A stretch of DNA of 63,927 bases, counting the filler, from Choristocarpus tenellus KU-1152 (lineage: Eukaryota > Protista > Phaeophyceae), in assembly GCA_964200185.2 (NCBI GenBank). It is 10 parts of 10 records of this genome, joined end to end, with 100 filler letters (N's around TTAATTAATTAA, not from the genome) between each part and the next. Parts side by side here need not be neighbours in the genome. Positions count along the whole stretch, not along the records: positions 1 to 15,222 come from CAXNAD020001033.1; positions 15,323 to 19,295 come from CAXNAD020016844.1; positions 19,396 to 22,423 come from CAXNAD020022830.1; positions 22,524 to 25,330 come from CAXNAD020024579.1; positions 25,431 to 29,113 come from CAXNAD020018539.1; 5 more parts are not named here. The stretch is one strand, 5' to 3'. Of this stretch, positions 13,101-25,750 are shown piece after piece. How positions within the stretch are numbered: the stretch's first letter is position 1; each line of letters opens with the position of its first letter. A model generated the notes under the pieces. The model did no database searches. It was not told the DNA's origin and was given only the letters and a program-made list of their open reading frames with translations. The position numbers and the translations under genes are program-made.

Positions 13101-15222
13101 AGTTATTGACCACAAAAAAGAATAATTGACGACAAAGCAGTTCAGGTAAAGATTGCCCTCATTGACAAGTGCTGCTCACTTCATTCTGAACAATGGATTA
13201 GTAATATTAACAACAAACCTTCCGAAGAGTGCTGAGGATCATCATCGCTACTTTAACAGGAATACAGAACTGCTATAGAAACTCGATAGACAATACCCTT
13301 CAGGTGGGAGACACCCTTTTCACCTTTCAAGCAGAGAGCTTCAGAGCTGTCTAGAGCTCAGAAGATTCCTGGGTGCAGTCCCACACATCCCTAGCGTGAA
13401 CATAAAGGCAGCAAAAAAATAGTGAGGGCAACTACACGTCCACCAATGACAGTCACACACCACGCCAAAACAAACCTTGATCTAGACCAGCAAACTCCTG
13501 CAACTACTGTAATTATAACTGTTCAGATTTCTTCATCTACTGACTGATGCCAACATCAATCCTATGTTCGAATGTGAAATACAGGTTATTCTGGTTGCTT
13601 AAGTATTTATTAAGTGAGTAAATAGGTGACCCGAAAAGGGAAGGTGCAATGCGGGAACTGTCTCTCATGGGGGATGAAGAAACAAAAAGAACTTTTAATA
13701 GACACAAAGCTCCTCTACTTCCAACACATAGCATCAATCCATCCTCCAGCAACGCACTTGAGTCAAACCACAACAGTTATGTGGCATAGCCCTCCTTTGT
13801 CAGGAAGCAACTTGGCTGGGAAGATGGGGTGAGGCAAGCTTGAGCTGAAACATTGGTATTATTACAAAGCACATCGCCAGGGGGGATTGAAGGATGTACT
13901 TGTACCTCTTGGGTGGGGGACTAAGTAACCGATTGACTACAGTTAAGACTTTACAGCAGTTTTCAAAAAATTATAAATGGAAGCCAAACTGTGGTTGAGA
14001 GGCCAGTTGCAGCATCCTAGATCAGGTTATGGTTTAGTCACCACCATGATATAATCTTTGCTAGAAACTGTTGCCATTATATAAACCGGAATACATCATC
14101 AGCGGAAAATATCAGAGCATTACACCACTCTGTGAATCTACAGTTTGTTCCAGCAGGCCCTCTACAACAAAGGGAAATATTCAAGGGGTCCTTTGACATG
14201 GCCTCAGTTGACATACACACCCACAGTAGGTTTCTATGATTTGCTTGTTTGCACTAGAACTATCTACTAGAACTATCTACTCCAGATTGTTTGAGGGAGT
14301 CAAAAGAAATTGAGAGGGGACTGTGTCTGGTCGTTTTTAGCTGTTAATTCTTTTTAAAACTTTGTCAAAAAAGATTTTTTTTAAAGGCGCCATTGCTAGG
14401 GACAACTTTCTTCTGCAAACTGAATGTACTCACTACACAGCCAAAGTGCAACCCAGAGTTGGGGAGGTGAGTGCTCCGAAACCTTGTGGCAACTCAGACA
14501 GGCCCTCAAAAATCAGCAGCACCCCCCTCTCTCACTATTATTTTACTTAGAATTTGTAAATAAAAAACATAGGGTGTAGCATTACCACTGTCTGTCTGTG
14601 TCTCCAATCCACTAAAATGCATGGACACAAAAAAGGAAATGTCAAACCATGCATATAATAATTGAACAGTGTTGTTACAAGTCTCGAGTCATTGTACTAA
14701 AAAGGGTAGGTAAAAATACAAAGGCTTACAATACGGCACAACATAAACAAAGTACAACACTCTATGCAGGTGCAACAAGGGGGCAATGCCATACATACAT
14801 ACATCCAAACACAAATGTAACATGCAAGGGCACAGAATAGAAAACAGAGATTAGGAGACTGTCTAATCCATCCCACACACACACACACACACACTCAAAC
14901 TCACCCAATGCTTACATTCATTGGCAGGAACCATCACCCCGCCAAAACCATCTCATCTTCCCCTCCCGACTCCTTCGCTACCTTCCCGAGATTTCCAGCG
15001 CCTCCCAATCTTCCATTTCCCCCTCCCCATGCTCCAATCACCTGAGTTGCTGCACTATTATCCCCCGAGGCCTTGCCTACACCTACAACTAAACCTGTTT
15101 CTACACCTTGTCCTCTTCCCTGCCCCCCCCCATGCCCATGCTCCCGCTGCAAACCTCCTCCCCCACCTCGCCGGTGGGGATTTGATGCATGGCGGTGTGT
15201 TGTGGGTATTTTTTTTTAATCC

Positions 15223-15322
15223 NNNNNNNNNNNNNNNNNNNNNNNNNNNNNNNNNNNNNNNNNNNNTTAATTAATTAANNNNNNNNNNNNNNNNNNNNNN
15301 NNNNNNNNNNNNNNNNNNNNNN
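15223..15322. other. Artificial contig linker
   Basis: 44 N + TTAATTAATTAA (stops in all six frames) + 44 N. Confidence 0.98.
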
Positions 15323-17700
15323 GAGAGTCGGTCTTGGGGATAGTGACACGGGGGGAAAGTAGTGGACCTTGGAGGCGAGCAGCCAATGAAGCTTCATCAA
15401 TGATACCCAGCATTCGTTTAGCAACTCTATTAAATTGAGGGCTGTTTGCCGGTGTGAACTCCTCTTCAATCCAACGTTAATGGCAAAGAGCACCGAAAGA
15501 TCCCTCATAGAACCCCCCCCCACTATCAGACCGCATGCACATGACCCGAGAGGGAGTACCGTCAGTCCGGATATTGGCCAGGTACTTCTTGAAGGCTTCA
15601 GCAACATCTGATTTAAGACGAAGGGAATACAACCAAACAAAATGAGAATAGTCGTCCCAAATTTTCATGATGTAACACTTACCCCCGAGTGAAAGGGTAA
15701 TCCTCTTGCCGCTTAGATCGACAAAAACCTGCCCCAGTTTCTCACTGCCCGTGAAGATGTGCTGGACGGGATCCCTTTTCTTATACCTTTGCTCATTGAG
15801 CAGAAAGCACATGCCTCCAACTCGCCCACCAATGTAATGCCCATTGAAGAGGCAGTGGACTTAAGCAATGCTTCGTGAACATGCCCATAGGAGTGGTGAA
15901 AAAGGTTAATGTCCACCTCAGTGTGGGGAGCATAGTTGTTTGTTTGTGTGCGCGAGGAGGCGATGGTGGCTTTGAAAGCAGTTTAGGCAATTTTTTACAG
16001 TTCTGGCAAAATACGTTGACCGCGCAGGGTGTAGTGATAACCTGGAATTATTTTGAAAACGACTTAGCCATGTAATAGTGACAATGTACTAGCTGTCCCA
16101 GTATATTTTGCACCCATTTCTGCCCCAGCTTGGTAAGAGAAGAGATTAAATCCAAGATTTGGGATGTATGAGCGACATTCTGAAGAAGTTTCTCCATTTC
16201 CTTATTGTTACGCGAGGGAAACAAGAAAGTTAGATTGACATGACCTTCGATATGGAAGTAGCTCTGGCTGGTAGTGATTATCCTTCGATCAACATCTACA
16301 CAAGGCTTGTAGTTGGTCATGAATATTCTCATAATAGTCATGTGCTACAAGCCCGCATTGTCGCAAATATGCTCTTTCTCTTCGCACACCATCCCCAACA
16401 CTTCACACAAGACACTAATTTACCCCACACTTGTTTTGAGCATTGTTGCTCGTTGAGTCTTCAGTAGCGGCTAGTAGTGTGTACCGCTCTCATGCTCGTT
16501 GTCGCTACTCAGAAACTGAAGAAGTAATATTTTGCCACTAATGACGAGGCCCATTGTCATCATCTGGCTCCGTAAATACTCAAGTTCGGTAGAGTGAGGA
16601 GTGTGTTAGCTCCCTTCTCCACCTTTGAAGAGAAGAATTGCCGAAATAAATCTTGTCTGTTGCCCACCGTGCTTGGCATAAACCAGTGGTCCACAACTGC
16701 AAAAAGCTCGCTAGGGCTCAGGTGCTTGCAGTACAGACCCTCTGTGGCAGGGGCAACAAGAGCAATGGTGAGCGCATAATATGCTTCCTCAGCCATCCAA
16801 ATCTCATTCGTACTATGCCCACCAGCAAGTAGTTCCTCGGGCAATCGTTCCTGATTGATCGGTCTTGGGGCAGTTAGTGCATATAAACAGGCAGTGTACT
16901 TACAATGGATCATGAAACCTTCTCCGATCACAGTAGTTGGAGTTGTCCACCAATTTGGGTGGTTGAGCCTTTGATCGCTGCCTTGTCCTGTAAGGAGCAA
17001 GATCAATTCCAGACCTGAGATTGCTGAAGAACCTGATCTGCTGCTCGTATCACTCCTAACGCTAATTCCGTCCGGACTGTCGCCATTTCGGAAATGTTCA
17101 CCCACAACGGGTTCAACAGGTCCGACTTCGGCCGGTACAAAGCCAGCTGGCGGCCGTGTGCTGAGCACGGCAGCTTGGACGGCGGGATGATTCCCACTGC
17201 ACACTTTATTATCATTCATCTGCAGAAGACAGTATCGATCTTGCTTCAGTTCAAGTATCCCCTTTGATAGGGCCTCCATAGTAGAGGCGAGTTTTTGATA
17301 ATGATCTCCAGCAAGGGCAGCCTCACTTCAGCCCCTACCATGGACTGGTGTCTCTTCTCCTGGGGAATACGTGATAAGCATAGATGGACGGTGTCTCTTC
17401 TCCTTGGGAAGACATGTTAAGCACGGGTAGAAACCTATTCTTCAATAGATTGTGTTAAAGTATCCCCTGCCTCATGTATGGATAGGGGCGATAAATACAG
17501 GAATGTTACCAAATAAATGTTGTTGTAGAGTGATTATTCCCAACCAGAGGGGACGACCATACAACCTCAAAACACATGATTAATCGAGTCAATTCCCATA
17601 CATCCATTCGTATACAAGAACAAATAAGGGTTATCCAACTAATAATTCTTGTATTCTGACTCTACATATATACTACTAATGATACCTGATAGAGTTGGAG
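15323..17700 (-). mobile_element. Decayed Ty1/copia LTR retrotransposon, 5' half (LTR?-gag-protease-integrase), cut by the contig end
   Basis: Integrase core VFVDLSG...DDYSHFVWLYSLRLKSDVAEAFKKY...MRSDSGGGF; pre-integrase FHHSYGHVHEALL...CAFCSMSKG; gag-like ORF 16560-17279; PBS-like TGGTAGGGGC at 17340-17331 next to a CA. Frameshifted; LTR extent uncertain. Confidence 0.85.
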
Positions 17701-19295
17701 AAGTCTATTTGAACAGGGAACTGGTCACGTTACTTTTTTCACGTCCATACACAGAAATATAGTATTGATTTCAGTACATCATTAAGACAACAACAAATGG
17801 AGTTGATGTGGTTGTGAACAATCTCCATCCAGTAGTTAAAGTTGCTGCCTTGAATGTCGACCGTGCTGTCATGTGATAATAACTGGTCGTAGTGGTTGAT
17901 AAAATAACTAAAACGTAGTAACTTCGATCGTGCGCTCAGATCGCGGCATGAAACTGCTAGATCTCCACTTATCCAATTAACCACCAACACACTCACACCT
18001 ACAAGAATTACTTTTTGGTGGTGGCAATACGCCCATATGTACCTGTGATCCTGGGATCAGGGGACGGATAGGGTCGGAGATAGGAAAGGTGAGCGTTTAA
18101 AACGTAGGAATGAGGTACCATTTACCGAAGAGATACCGCCGATGTACAATGAATGCTTGGGTGTTCGATCGCGGTCGCTCGGGATTCCTTCCACGACAAG
18201 GTTGCCAGGCATACATCGAGTGCATATCAACAGATGGGCGAAGGGAAAAGTTGGCCTATCAATGCAAGCGGAGACTAGAATTATGGACCCAGCTCGCCCG
18301 ATCGATGGGTTGCCCTGCGAAAACACGGTTCTCAGTTCTTGGACCAAGCTCGACTTGTGTTATTTAATTGACAGGGCTCTCCAAAACTTGAAGGCGCCGT
18401 GACCGCCTGGAGTCCCCCACCCAAGTAGTTCATCCTCACGGGGCTCCTCTCAAAGCCTAACGTTGCCTCTACTACAATTGACTAGCCAGTTAATTCGAGT
18501 CTATTGCAATGCTGCTCAGCCAAGCCCAATATTTTGATGCAGCCGTGGCAGAGCTACATATCTGACAAATATATTCACCTATGGTCATCAAACGGCACCG
18601 ATTCCAAAACACTCGAAATCCCGACCAATGTCCCTGAAATGAGCAGTCGTTCAATTCGAGTGGAAGGATTCCAGCGTTGGCTCCCTCCGACTCACCTGTC
18701 ATAGCGAGGCAGCTAGTAGGGAACCTGGAGTAGGTAAGGACATATTCTGGAAGGCGAAACACGCCATCAAGGAAGGATACCAGAGTTCAGGAGGTCAGGT
18801 GGATCAAAGGCCTTCTCCTTTTCACTAACACAGCAACTTGACATCAGAGTCCTTTCGCATGGGTTTCGATCAGAGTGGATACTGTGAGCAGGGGTTTGAT
18901 GACGTTAGGGTAGGGACTGGAAATGCAGAGGAGAAGAGCAAGGGTGGCCAAGGAACCGGGAGCAACACTTCAGATTCTCAGAGCTCCACTGAAAGAGGAG
19001 GACCAGTGACAGAGGTGTTATTTGAATCTCCAGAGCACCCTCAACGAATTTTAGGGGACTCGACTCACAACAAAGATGATCCAATGACAAGCAAGGGGAT
19101 TGTAAATGCAGACGGAATACAAGGATTAGACAAACAGGCATTGCGTTGTCATGTTTGGGATCGGCTAGGGTTTATGTCCCCAGCACAGTTGGCTGATCAG
19201 TGTGTCAAAGGAAGGGAGGTATCTTGTGCCCCTGTTGTACCCAGTGGGAAATGTCTACGCCGGGAAGGGTGTATGGAGATAGGCATTAATGTCTT

Positions 19296-19395
19296 NNNNN
19301 NNNNNNNNNNNNNNNNNNNNNNNNNNNNNNNNNNNNNNNTTAATTAATTAANNNNNNNNNNNNNNNNNNNNNNNNNNNNNNNNNNNNNNNNNNNN
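19296..19395. other. Artificial contig linker
   Basis: 44 N + TTAATTAATTAA + 44 N. Confidence 0.98.
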
Positions 19396-21995
19396 CACCT
19401 CCCCTCCCCCGTACCGAGGTTCTCCTTCTCTCCATCGTCCTCATCGTCCTCGTCCTCCTTCTGCTGCTCCTCGTCCTCCTCCTCCTCTTCATCCTCCTCC
19501 TCGTCCTCCTCCTTGTCGCTGTCGGTGTTGTCCTCCTTTTCGTCCCCATTCTCCACCCCCCTCTCCTCTCCTCGTCCCTTAAATTTTGTCTTCCGTCCTT
19601 CTCCCACAAACCTCCCCTTTCCCTCGCCTTGATAGCAGACCATAGAACTGTCAAGACCTTGGTAGGAATCTTTTTGCCGTTCCCAACAAGTTTGTCGCAC
19701 GTCGAAACAATACCCACCACGGGTTCCCAGCTTACGTCTTTAACCCGCTTCTGTTTCCCAGTTCGACCGGATCTATCACCAGCGTGTATGTAGCCTTCGA
19801 TAAAAGTACTTTTCCCGTATTTTTCAAGGGTCAGAAACGCGGCGTTGTCACGTGTGTGGTCACTGGTCGGCCGAAGCCAGTGAAGATCCACCCCACGCTC
19901 CCCATCGTCGCTGACGCGCTCCGCTAGGATCTTGCCAACCAAGAGCGGCGCCTCCATTGCCACAAAAAAGGCAAACCTGCCTTCCTGCACGGTGACGAGG
20001 TTTCCATTGTTCTTCGATCTCAAGGTAGCACAAGGCCAACCCCGTCGACGGAAGCCAGCTTCTTCTGTGTCACTGTCCGATGAGGAAGAGTCTGTTTCCT
20101 TGAGCCTGCCGAGATCATTGTCACCGCTGACGAGATTACCTTCTCCACTCGAATGTTCGCCCTCGTTGGTGTCTTTGACGTCGCTGGTACCAGTTCCAGG
20201 GCCATCGTCATCAGTGGGAAGGCAATGGACTGGGAGGTCGAACTCTCGTTCCCCTGTCTTTTTGAGAAGCCGCACAAATTCGCTTTGCTCGTGTTTCACT
20301 CTCTGAACGACTTCATCGTCTGCGAAGGTGGATGGTATGAGCACGAGAACATCAACGGTATGGAAGCATGAATGTGACTTTTTGAGCAGGCATGAGGTTG
20401 CACGAATGCGCTCGGGGGGCATGTAGTGAGAGGGAGGGTGTAGATTTCGTCGGATTCGTCGCTGTTGAGTACAAGACTGGTACCCCCAAAACAATTATCA
20501 CCGGTAATCTATAGTACTTGTTTATTGTGACACGTGACAATCACTACGCATGAGAATGGAATATTTTTCAAGGTTGTTTTTGTAAAGGCTGTAAGGGCTG
20601 CATCGTACAGAAGTTGCACCAGATTTGTTTGGCTGCCATCGAATACAAAAATTGGCCATCAACTCCCCTCACCAAATGTTTGACTTACCCAGTGGGTACG
20701 CAGCAGCGAGGCGCTCGTGCGACGCCTGGTAACGCTGCTCCACCTTCAGGATGACGTCTTCGGGAACGCTCTTGAGCTGGTAGGGTGGTGCATCTTGGAG
20801 ACGAGGCGGGTGGCCGATGAAGAGGTCGTGCGAAGGGGCGTTGGGGTCGATAACAACGTTGGCACCTATCCCACTCCATGCGGTACTGTGCATGTATTGC
20901 TTTACGCTAACCTTTATCCCGCCAATCACCGCCTTTCTCAACGCGAAAAGCCCTGTAGCTCGTGATGTTGGGAACACGGTTGACGCGACTGCGAAGGAGT
21001 TCCTTGAAGTTGCCCTCGTTCCGTAGGGTATTACAGTAGACTGGAAGCTCCGTGTAAGAAGCCTGCAGCTCTTCACCCAGCTGTGTTCTAGTGAAGATAT
21101 TCTTCCCTTTGATACCACGTGAGAGCCTGAAGGTGAAATGCAAGCAAGTTATTTTTGAGGTGGGCGCGAAAGAAACGAAGTGGAGAAGCAAGATATATAT
21201 GCAGGCACATGCTCTGATGCATGTATATGGAAGAATAAATATAAAAAGAGGTGATGCGTACATTTTTCTTGTTTTGTTTCGAGACTAAGTTACAGTACAG
21301 TTTTGCCAGCTGCCCTTCTCATGCTATTTTGTTGTGGGGAAATCAAAAGTCAATCAATCCATTGCAGTGTATGACCATAAACCTTCCACAGTGGCAACAA
21401 GCGTGAACTGCAAGCCTCAAGGCAGTATCTGTCCATGTAAAAACACAATGTGGCTATCGCATTCACAGTGCGTGCCTATTACCTGGAGAAGATCTGATCG
21501 ATCTTGATGTGCGTGTGCCCCACCATGACAAAATGTATCTCGACCACACGAATGGCACTCGCCGCGACCAACAGCCCTGTATATCCGAGAAAGAAATTTT
21601 TCTTGTTCTCTGAGACGCAGTTGTTGACCTGGCTAGTTTGGGGAGTTGGGAGCGAGGGAGGGATAGGCGTGAGGCCGATATGTCAGCCCGTTTCACCACG
21701 TTTCGTGGAGAGACAGGGCGTGTTTCCAGTAGTGCTAGAGTGCAAGCTCTAGCACTCACCGCCATCATACATGCAGGTTGCAACACACTAACCAAAACTA
21801 AATACCGCGCAGTTAGTTACTTGGTGGCCGATATTCGGTGAGTAGATCGCAAGTAGGCCGTCTCAAGATGAAACCTTCTTACCTACCAATGCGCGTGCTG
21901 GATGATGCAACCCCCCGCATGATCGAGCCTGTTGTGGTACTTGTCGATAAGCCTTGTGAGGGCAAGGTGGGTGGCTGTACAGACAAGGTTACAAC
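19396..21995 (-). pseudogene. Intron-containing Sola-like (DUF7869-type) DDD transposase relic with a long C-terminal extension and acidic tail
   Basis: The exon from 21995 reads GCNLVCTATHLAL. The exon ending 21483 reads QVNNCVSENKKNFFLGYTGLLV...VEIHFVMVGHTHIKIDQIFSR, matching the recalled consensus QLDNC-x-x-ENKN...F-L-x-VGHTH-x-x-IDQ-x-FS. It splices in frame to 21126-20689 (LSRGIKGKNIFT...). The expected Asp reads Asn and there are frameshifts. Confidence 0.75.
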
Positions 21996-22406
21996 CTGCG
22001 AGAACGATGATGTCTGTCGTTAGTTGGCAAATAGTACTCTGCTTACTTACGCATTGTTTACTTGGAGCTAAAAAGAGGGGTGATGGAATGTGTTTTTGCG
22101 ATGTAGAGCACATACACCCGACTAGCTGATTTAGATGTCTGCAGGTTTCCCTCCTCCTTGATTAGCTCTTGGGCCCCTCTTGCCCTTCCGAAGCTGAGGC
22201 GTACGAGGGCAGGGGAGCACAGCACATCATCAGCTAATCACCAGGCCTGCGGTATCTGTAGGCCAATCGTGCAAGGATGTACTCGTCCTCGGGTGTCTAA
22301 CCTGCGGCGGGTCCCCTCACCATGATGGTAAATCAAGTGGTGCGTGCGCAACAGCATCTATTTGGTCGTGTGATTGTTGTGCCACAACCCACAATTCGTA
22401 CCTCCT

Positions 22407-22423
22407 GGGTCAAAGTATCTGGG
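22407..22423. mobile_element. Terminus of a CAAAGTATCT-type element at a contig end (similar ends at 25431-25451, 29214-29233 and 49524-49545)
   Basis: GGGTCAAAGTATCTGGG runs into the gap. Confidence 0.7.
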
Positions 22424-22523
22424 NNNNNNNNNNNNNNNNNNNNNNNNNNNNNNNNNNNNNNNNNNNNTTAATTAATTAANNNNNNNNNNNNNNNNNNNNN
22501 NNNNNNNNNNNNNNNNNNNNNNN
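22424..22523. other. Artificial contig linker
   Basis: 44 N + TTAATTAATTAA + 44 N. Confidence 0.98.
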
Positions 22524-22590
22524 CAAAATCACAACATTGTATTTTGATCCCCAAATGGACGCGGCTCTACCCTCTAAGATACTTTGGCTC
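22524..22590 (-). mobile_element. MITE family A, partial at contig start
   Basis: CCCCAAATGGACGCGGCTCTACCCTCTAAGATACTTTGGCTC. Confidence 0.8.
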
Positions 22591-23436
22591 AGCTATTGGA
22601 TTCATTCTGCAGGGTACTCTGAGTTCATTACTCAGGCTCAAGGTCAGCGACGTGTATATACCTTTTTGTTTGTTTGTAGCACATACAAATTTGAAGTAAG
22701 AACAACGCTAGGGTATTCCAACAACCTCACCTTGATCATCCAGGAGTTAGCTTGTACCCTGTAGAGCAATGCTTGCTTCAAAGGCTCTCTGTACATTTTT
22801 CACACAATATGTCAATTTGAGGAAGTATGGGACGGTGGCTGTCAGCCCTTCCCATTTTTGAAGACAGTTCATAGAGCGCATCAATGGCCAACTTGTTTCC
22901 CACATATCCTAGCCCTACAACCCGACCAATATTCAAGGAGCTCTAAAGTGTCTGTGCACATCAATTAGTTTGGGTACGGGGTAGTCTTATTGCAAAACAC
23001 CCAAGCAAGCAAGCATTAAAAGGTTATGGTTCTTGAAGATATAGTTCGTTCCATCCTTGGTCATATTGTAGCAGTAATTGCGGATTCAGGTGGTGCAGTC
23101 AAATTTAGTGGCGCATCAATGCCTTGACAAGTAATTGGGAGAAACAATGTTCCAGAGGTACATTGGTAGAACTCACGGGTCATCTCCATCATAATCGTCC
23201 TTGAAGTTATTGTACTGGTCTGTTCCTGGCTTAGGATCGTACTTCCCTGCATGAATTGCAAATGCGTGTACAGGAAGCAGTTGTTGTGTATTGAAGTTTT
23301 GAGTTGTGAAAAATCTGTTGCTAGCAAACATTGTTTGTTCCCTGTGTATATGTCGAACAAAACATCTCAGCATGCCATAAATAGGACAACAGCGGCACAA
23401 GGGGAGGGAAAGAGAAATCTGGGGCTGATCCAATCC

Positions 23437-23694
23437 AAGCCAAGGTATCTTAGAAGGTACAGCCGCATCCGTTTTGGTTCCAAATTCCAATGGTGCGATT
23501 TTGATGTAATTCTGGCCGTCGTGTTTGATAGGAATTGTCAACATCCTTGTTCAGGACACACCTTTTCATACCATACATATTTTGCCTACTCCGCAACATT
23601 TCTGACTATGAAAATGTCATAAAAAACACGTTGGAAGCTAAGCCCCAAATGGACAAACAGGTAAAACCTCGTACCCTCTAAGATACTTTCACTT
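23437..23694 (+). mobile_element. MITE family A (~260 bp)
   Basis: AAGCCAAGGTATCTTAGAAGGTA...TACCCTCTAAGATACTTTCACTT; 4-bp TSD ATCC/ATCC. Confidence 0.9.
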
Positions 23695-24859
23695 ATCCTT
23701 CATTTGCAAAAAACATTTCTGATGTAAGGAATACTCCTTGAAAGTTGGACTGTGAGTGAAGAACATGAAGGAAGGTGCTCAAAAGGCCCAGCACCACTAG
23801 GAAATTCCAGTAGAAAGGCGGCAACAAAATACATTATCTAATCAAACGAAATCCCTTGACTTTCAGTGTCAATCACAGTTTGTTCAAGTCTAGTTGAATC
23901 ACAGACATTCATTTTTGCATCCATTTTTCTTGGCTGCTGCACAGCACCACTGCATCGCACCATGTTGGAAAATTTCTAGGAGAGGCGGTCATACCGGGCC
24001 ATGTGACAAACCCGAGTATATCAAATAATGGCCTGGGTTGGATGGCTTCTTCATCACAATTCATCTACTATAATTATTCTCCTTCGGGCAGTTCAGCGTT
24101 AGCAGTACGTTTTACGGGAAGGACAAGATGAAGAAACCAAGAGTAGGAGACAGACAAAGGAAATGTGCAACGAGTTTAATCCAATCAGCATGCGCGGGAT
24201 ACACAAAAGGGATGCCAGAGCACGATATGACAGCAAAGAGGAGGACGTAGATGGAGTATCTGGGTATATTGAAGTATATTCCTACTGTTGAAAGGCATGG
24301 GTATTTGGGTGTAGGTCCGCTATAGTGGGGTCAGAGTTGTGATTCGCATCATTAGTGTAGTTAATGTGATGGTGTGAGAATGTGAGAATGGGGTTGAGCA
24401 CACGGACTGCTCTCTAATGGACATGGACAAATGATGAACAATCAATACACATCAATATAGCGCAGAACCAGCACATACACCTAGTTGAAAGTTGAGTTTA
24501 AAGCCCCCTTCCACAGACTGCTTCATGTGTTGCGATGAAGATGGCTACTTTGTCTCCACTTGCGTGGCACAGAGCATCTTGTCAATGCACTCACAAGAAG
24601 ATCTCCTTTTTGACCCCACTTTCTCATCCTCCCCCAAATATTCAACATCAGAACAGTGAAACCCGACCAGCCTCAAATTGCTATACCCCACAAAGGTAAA
24701 TATAATACAAGTATGTTCTTTTCCCACCCCTCGATCCCTTGGCCCCAAGGTTGCTCCCTTTCCTCTCAACTCACCATCATCAATGTGAAGTCGATCCTTT
24801 GTGGTGTCCGAACCTTTTTGTACTAGGTTTGGTGGGAAAGGGAAAGGAGGCATCCATCG

Positions 24860-25330
24860 CACATACCCCTCACCCGTCACCACTCCTGTCCCCATCATTG
24901 GTGTGGCTTGCCTTGTCAGGTGCTCTGATGATGCTCCCAATCCCTCTCTCACCCCCTCACTCGCTACCATTACCGGCCTCACCATAGATGACAGTGGCAT
25001 TGGTGTGGGTAGCCTTCTCAGGTGCTCTGATGATGCTCCCAATCCCTCCTTCTCCCCCTCACACGCCACCGTTACTGGCCTCATCATAGGTGTCAGTGTC
25101 ATTGGTGTGGGTTGCCTTGTCAGGTGCTCTGATGATGCTCCCAATACCTCTCTCAACCCCTCATTCGCCACCGTTACTGGCCTCACCATTGGTGTCAGTG
25201 GCATTGGTGTGGCTCGCCTTGTTGGGTGCTCTGATGAAGCCCCCGATCCCTCTCTCACCCCCTCATTCGCCACCGTTACTGACCTCACCATTGGTGTCAG
25301 TGGCATTGGTGTGGGTTGCCTTGTCAGGTG
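24860..25330. repeat. 102-bp tandem repeat, more than 4 copies, running into the gap
   Basis: The unit starting GGTGCTCTGATGA recurs at about 24919, 25021, 25123 and 25225; the minus frame is open as 34-aa repeats. Confidence 0.9.
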
Positions 25331-25430
25331 NNNNNNNNNNNNNNNNNNNNNNNNNNNNNNNNNNNNNNNNNNNNTTAATTAATTAANNNNNNNNNNNNNN
25401 NNNNNNNNNNNNNNNNNNNNNNNNNNNNNN
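25331..25430. other. Artificial contig linker
   Basis: 44 N + TTAATTAATTAA + 44 N. Confidence 0.98.
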
Positions 25431-25451
25431 CCCCCCCAGATACTTTGACCT

Positions 25452-25750
25452 TTACCTTGCGAGGTAATGCTATTTATCAGTAGTGAAGACAAGAAGGTGC
25501 GGAGCCTCACACGACCCCTTTTGCTGAAGGTGAAAGAATGTATGGAATTAGAAGAGTGACCTCTGTGGGGTGACTTCTCATTGTTTATTATTATCTATGC
25601 CTCATACATAAGTCCATGGTTATGTCAAAGTAGTTGAATGCAGAATAAAAACCCATACATATTTCCATTCATAATCCGGATGTACTATCTCATTAGTGGA
25701 TCTCTCATACATAAAATAAGGTACACCTCACTATTGTCATATTTTGCACA
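25452..25750 (-). repeat. 3' LTR of the copia element
   Basis: Alignable with 28856-29113 (shared GGTTATGTCAAA, AATCCGGATGTACTATCTCATTAGT, AAAATAAGGTACAC), with many substitutions and indels. Confidence 0.85.

Noticed and set aside
15267-15278. Recurrent palindrome TTAATTAATTAA as a biological motif
   Set aside because: It is always centred in 44+44 N, so it is a synthetic six-frame-stop linker.
17740-19295. LINE 3' remnant (a similar impression at 61100-61700)
   Set aside because: Only vague Cys-x2-Cys hints and no recognisable RT motif; too decayed to call.
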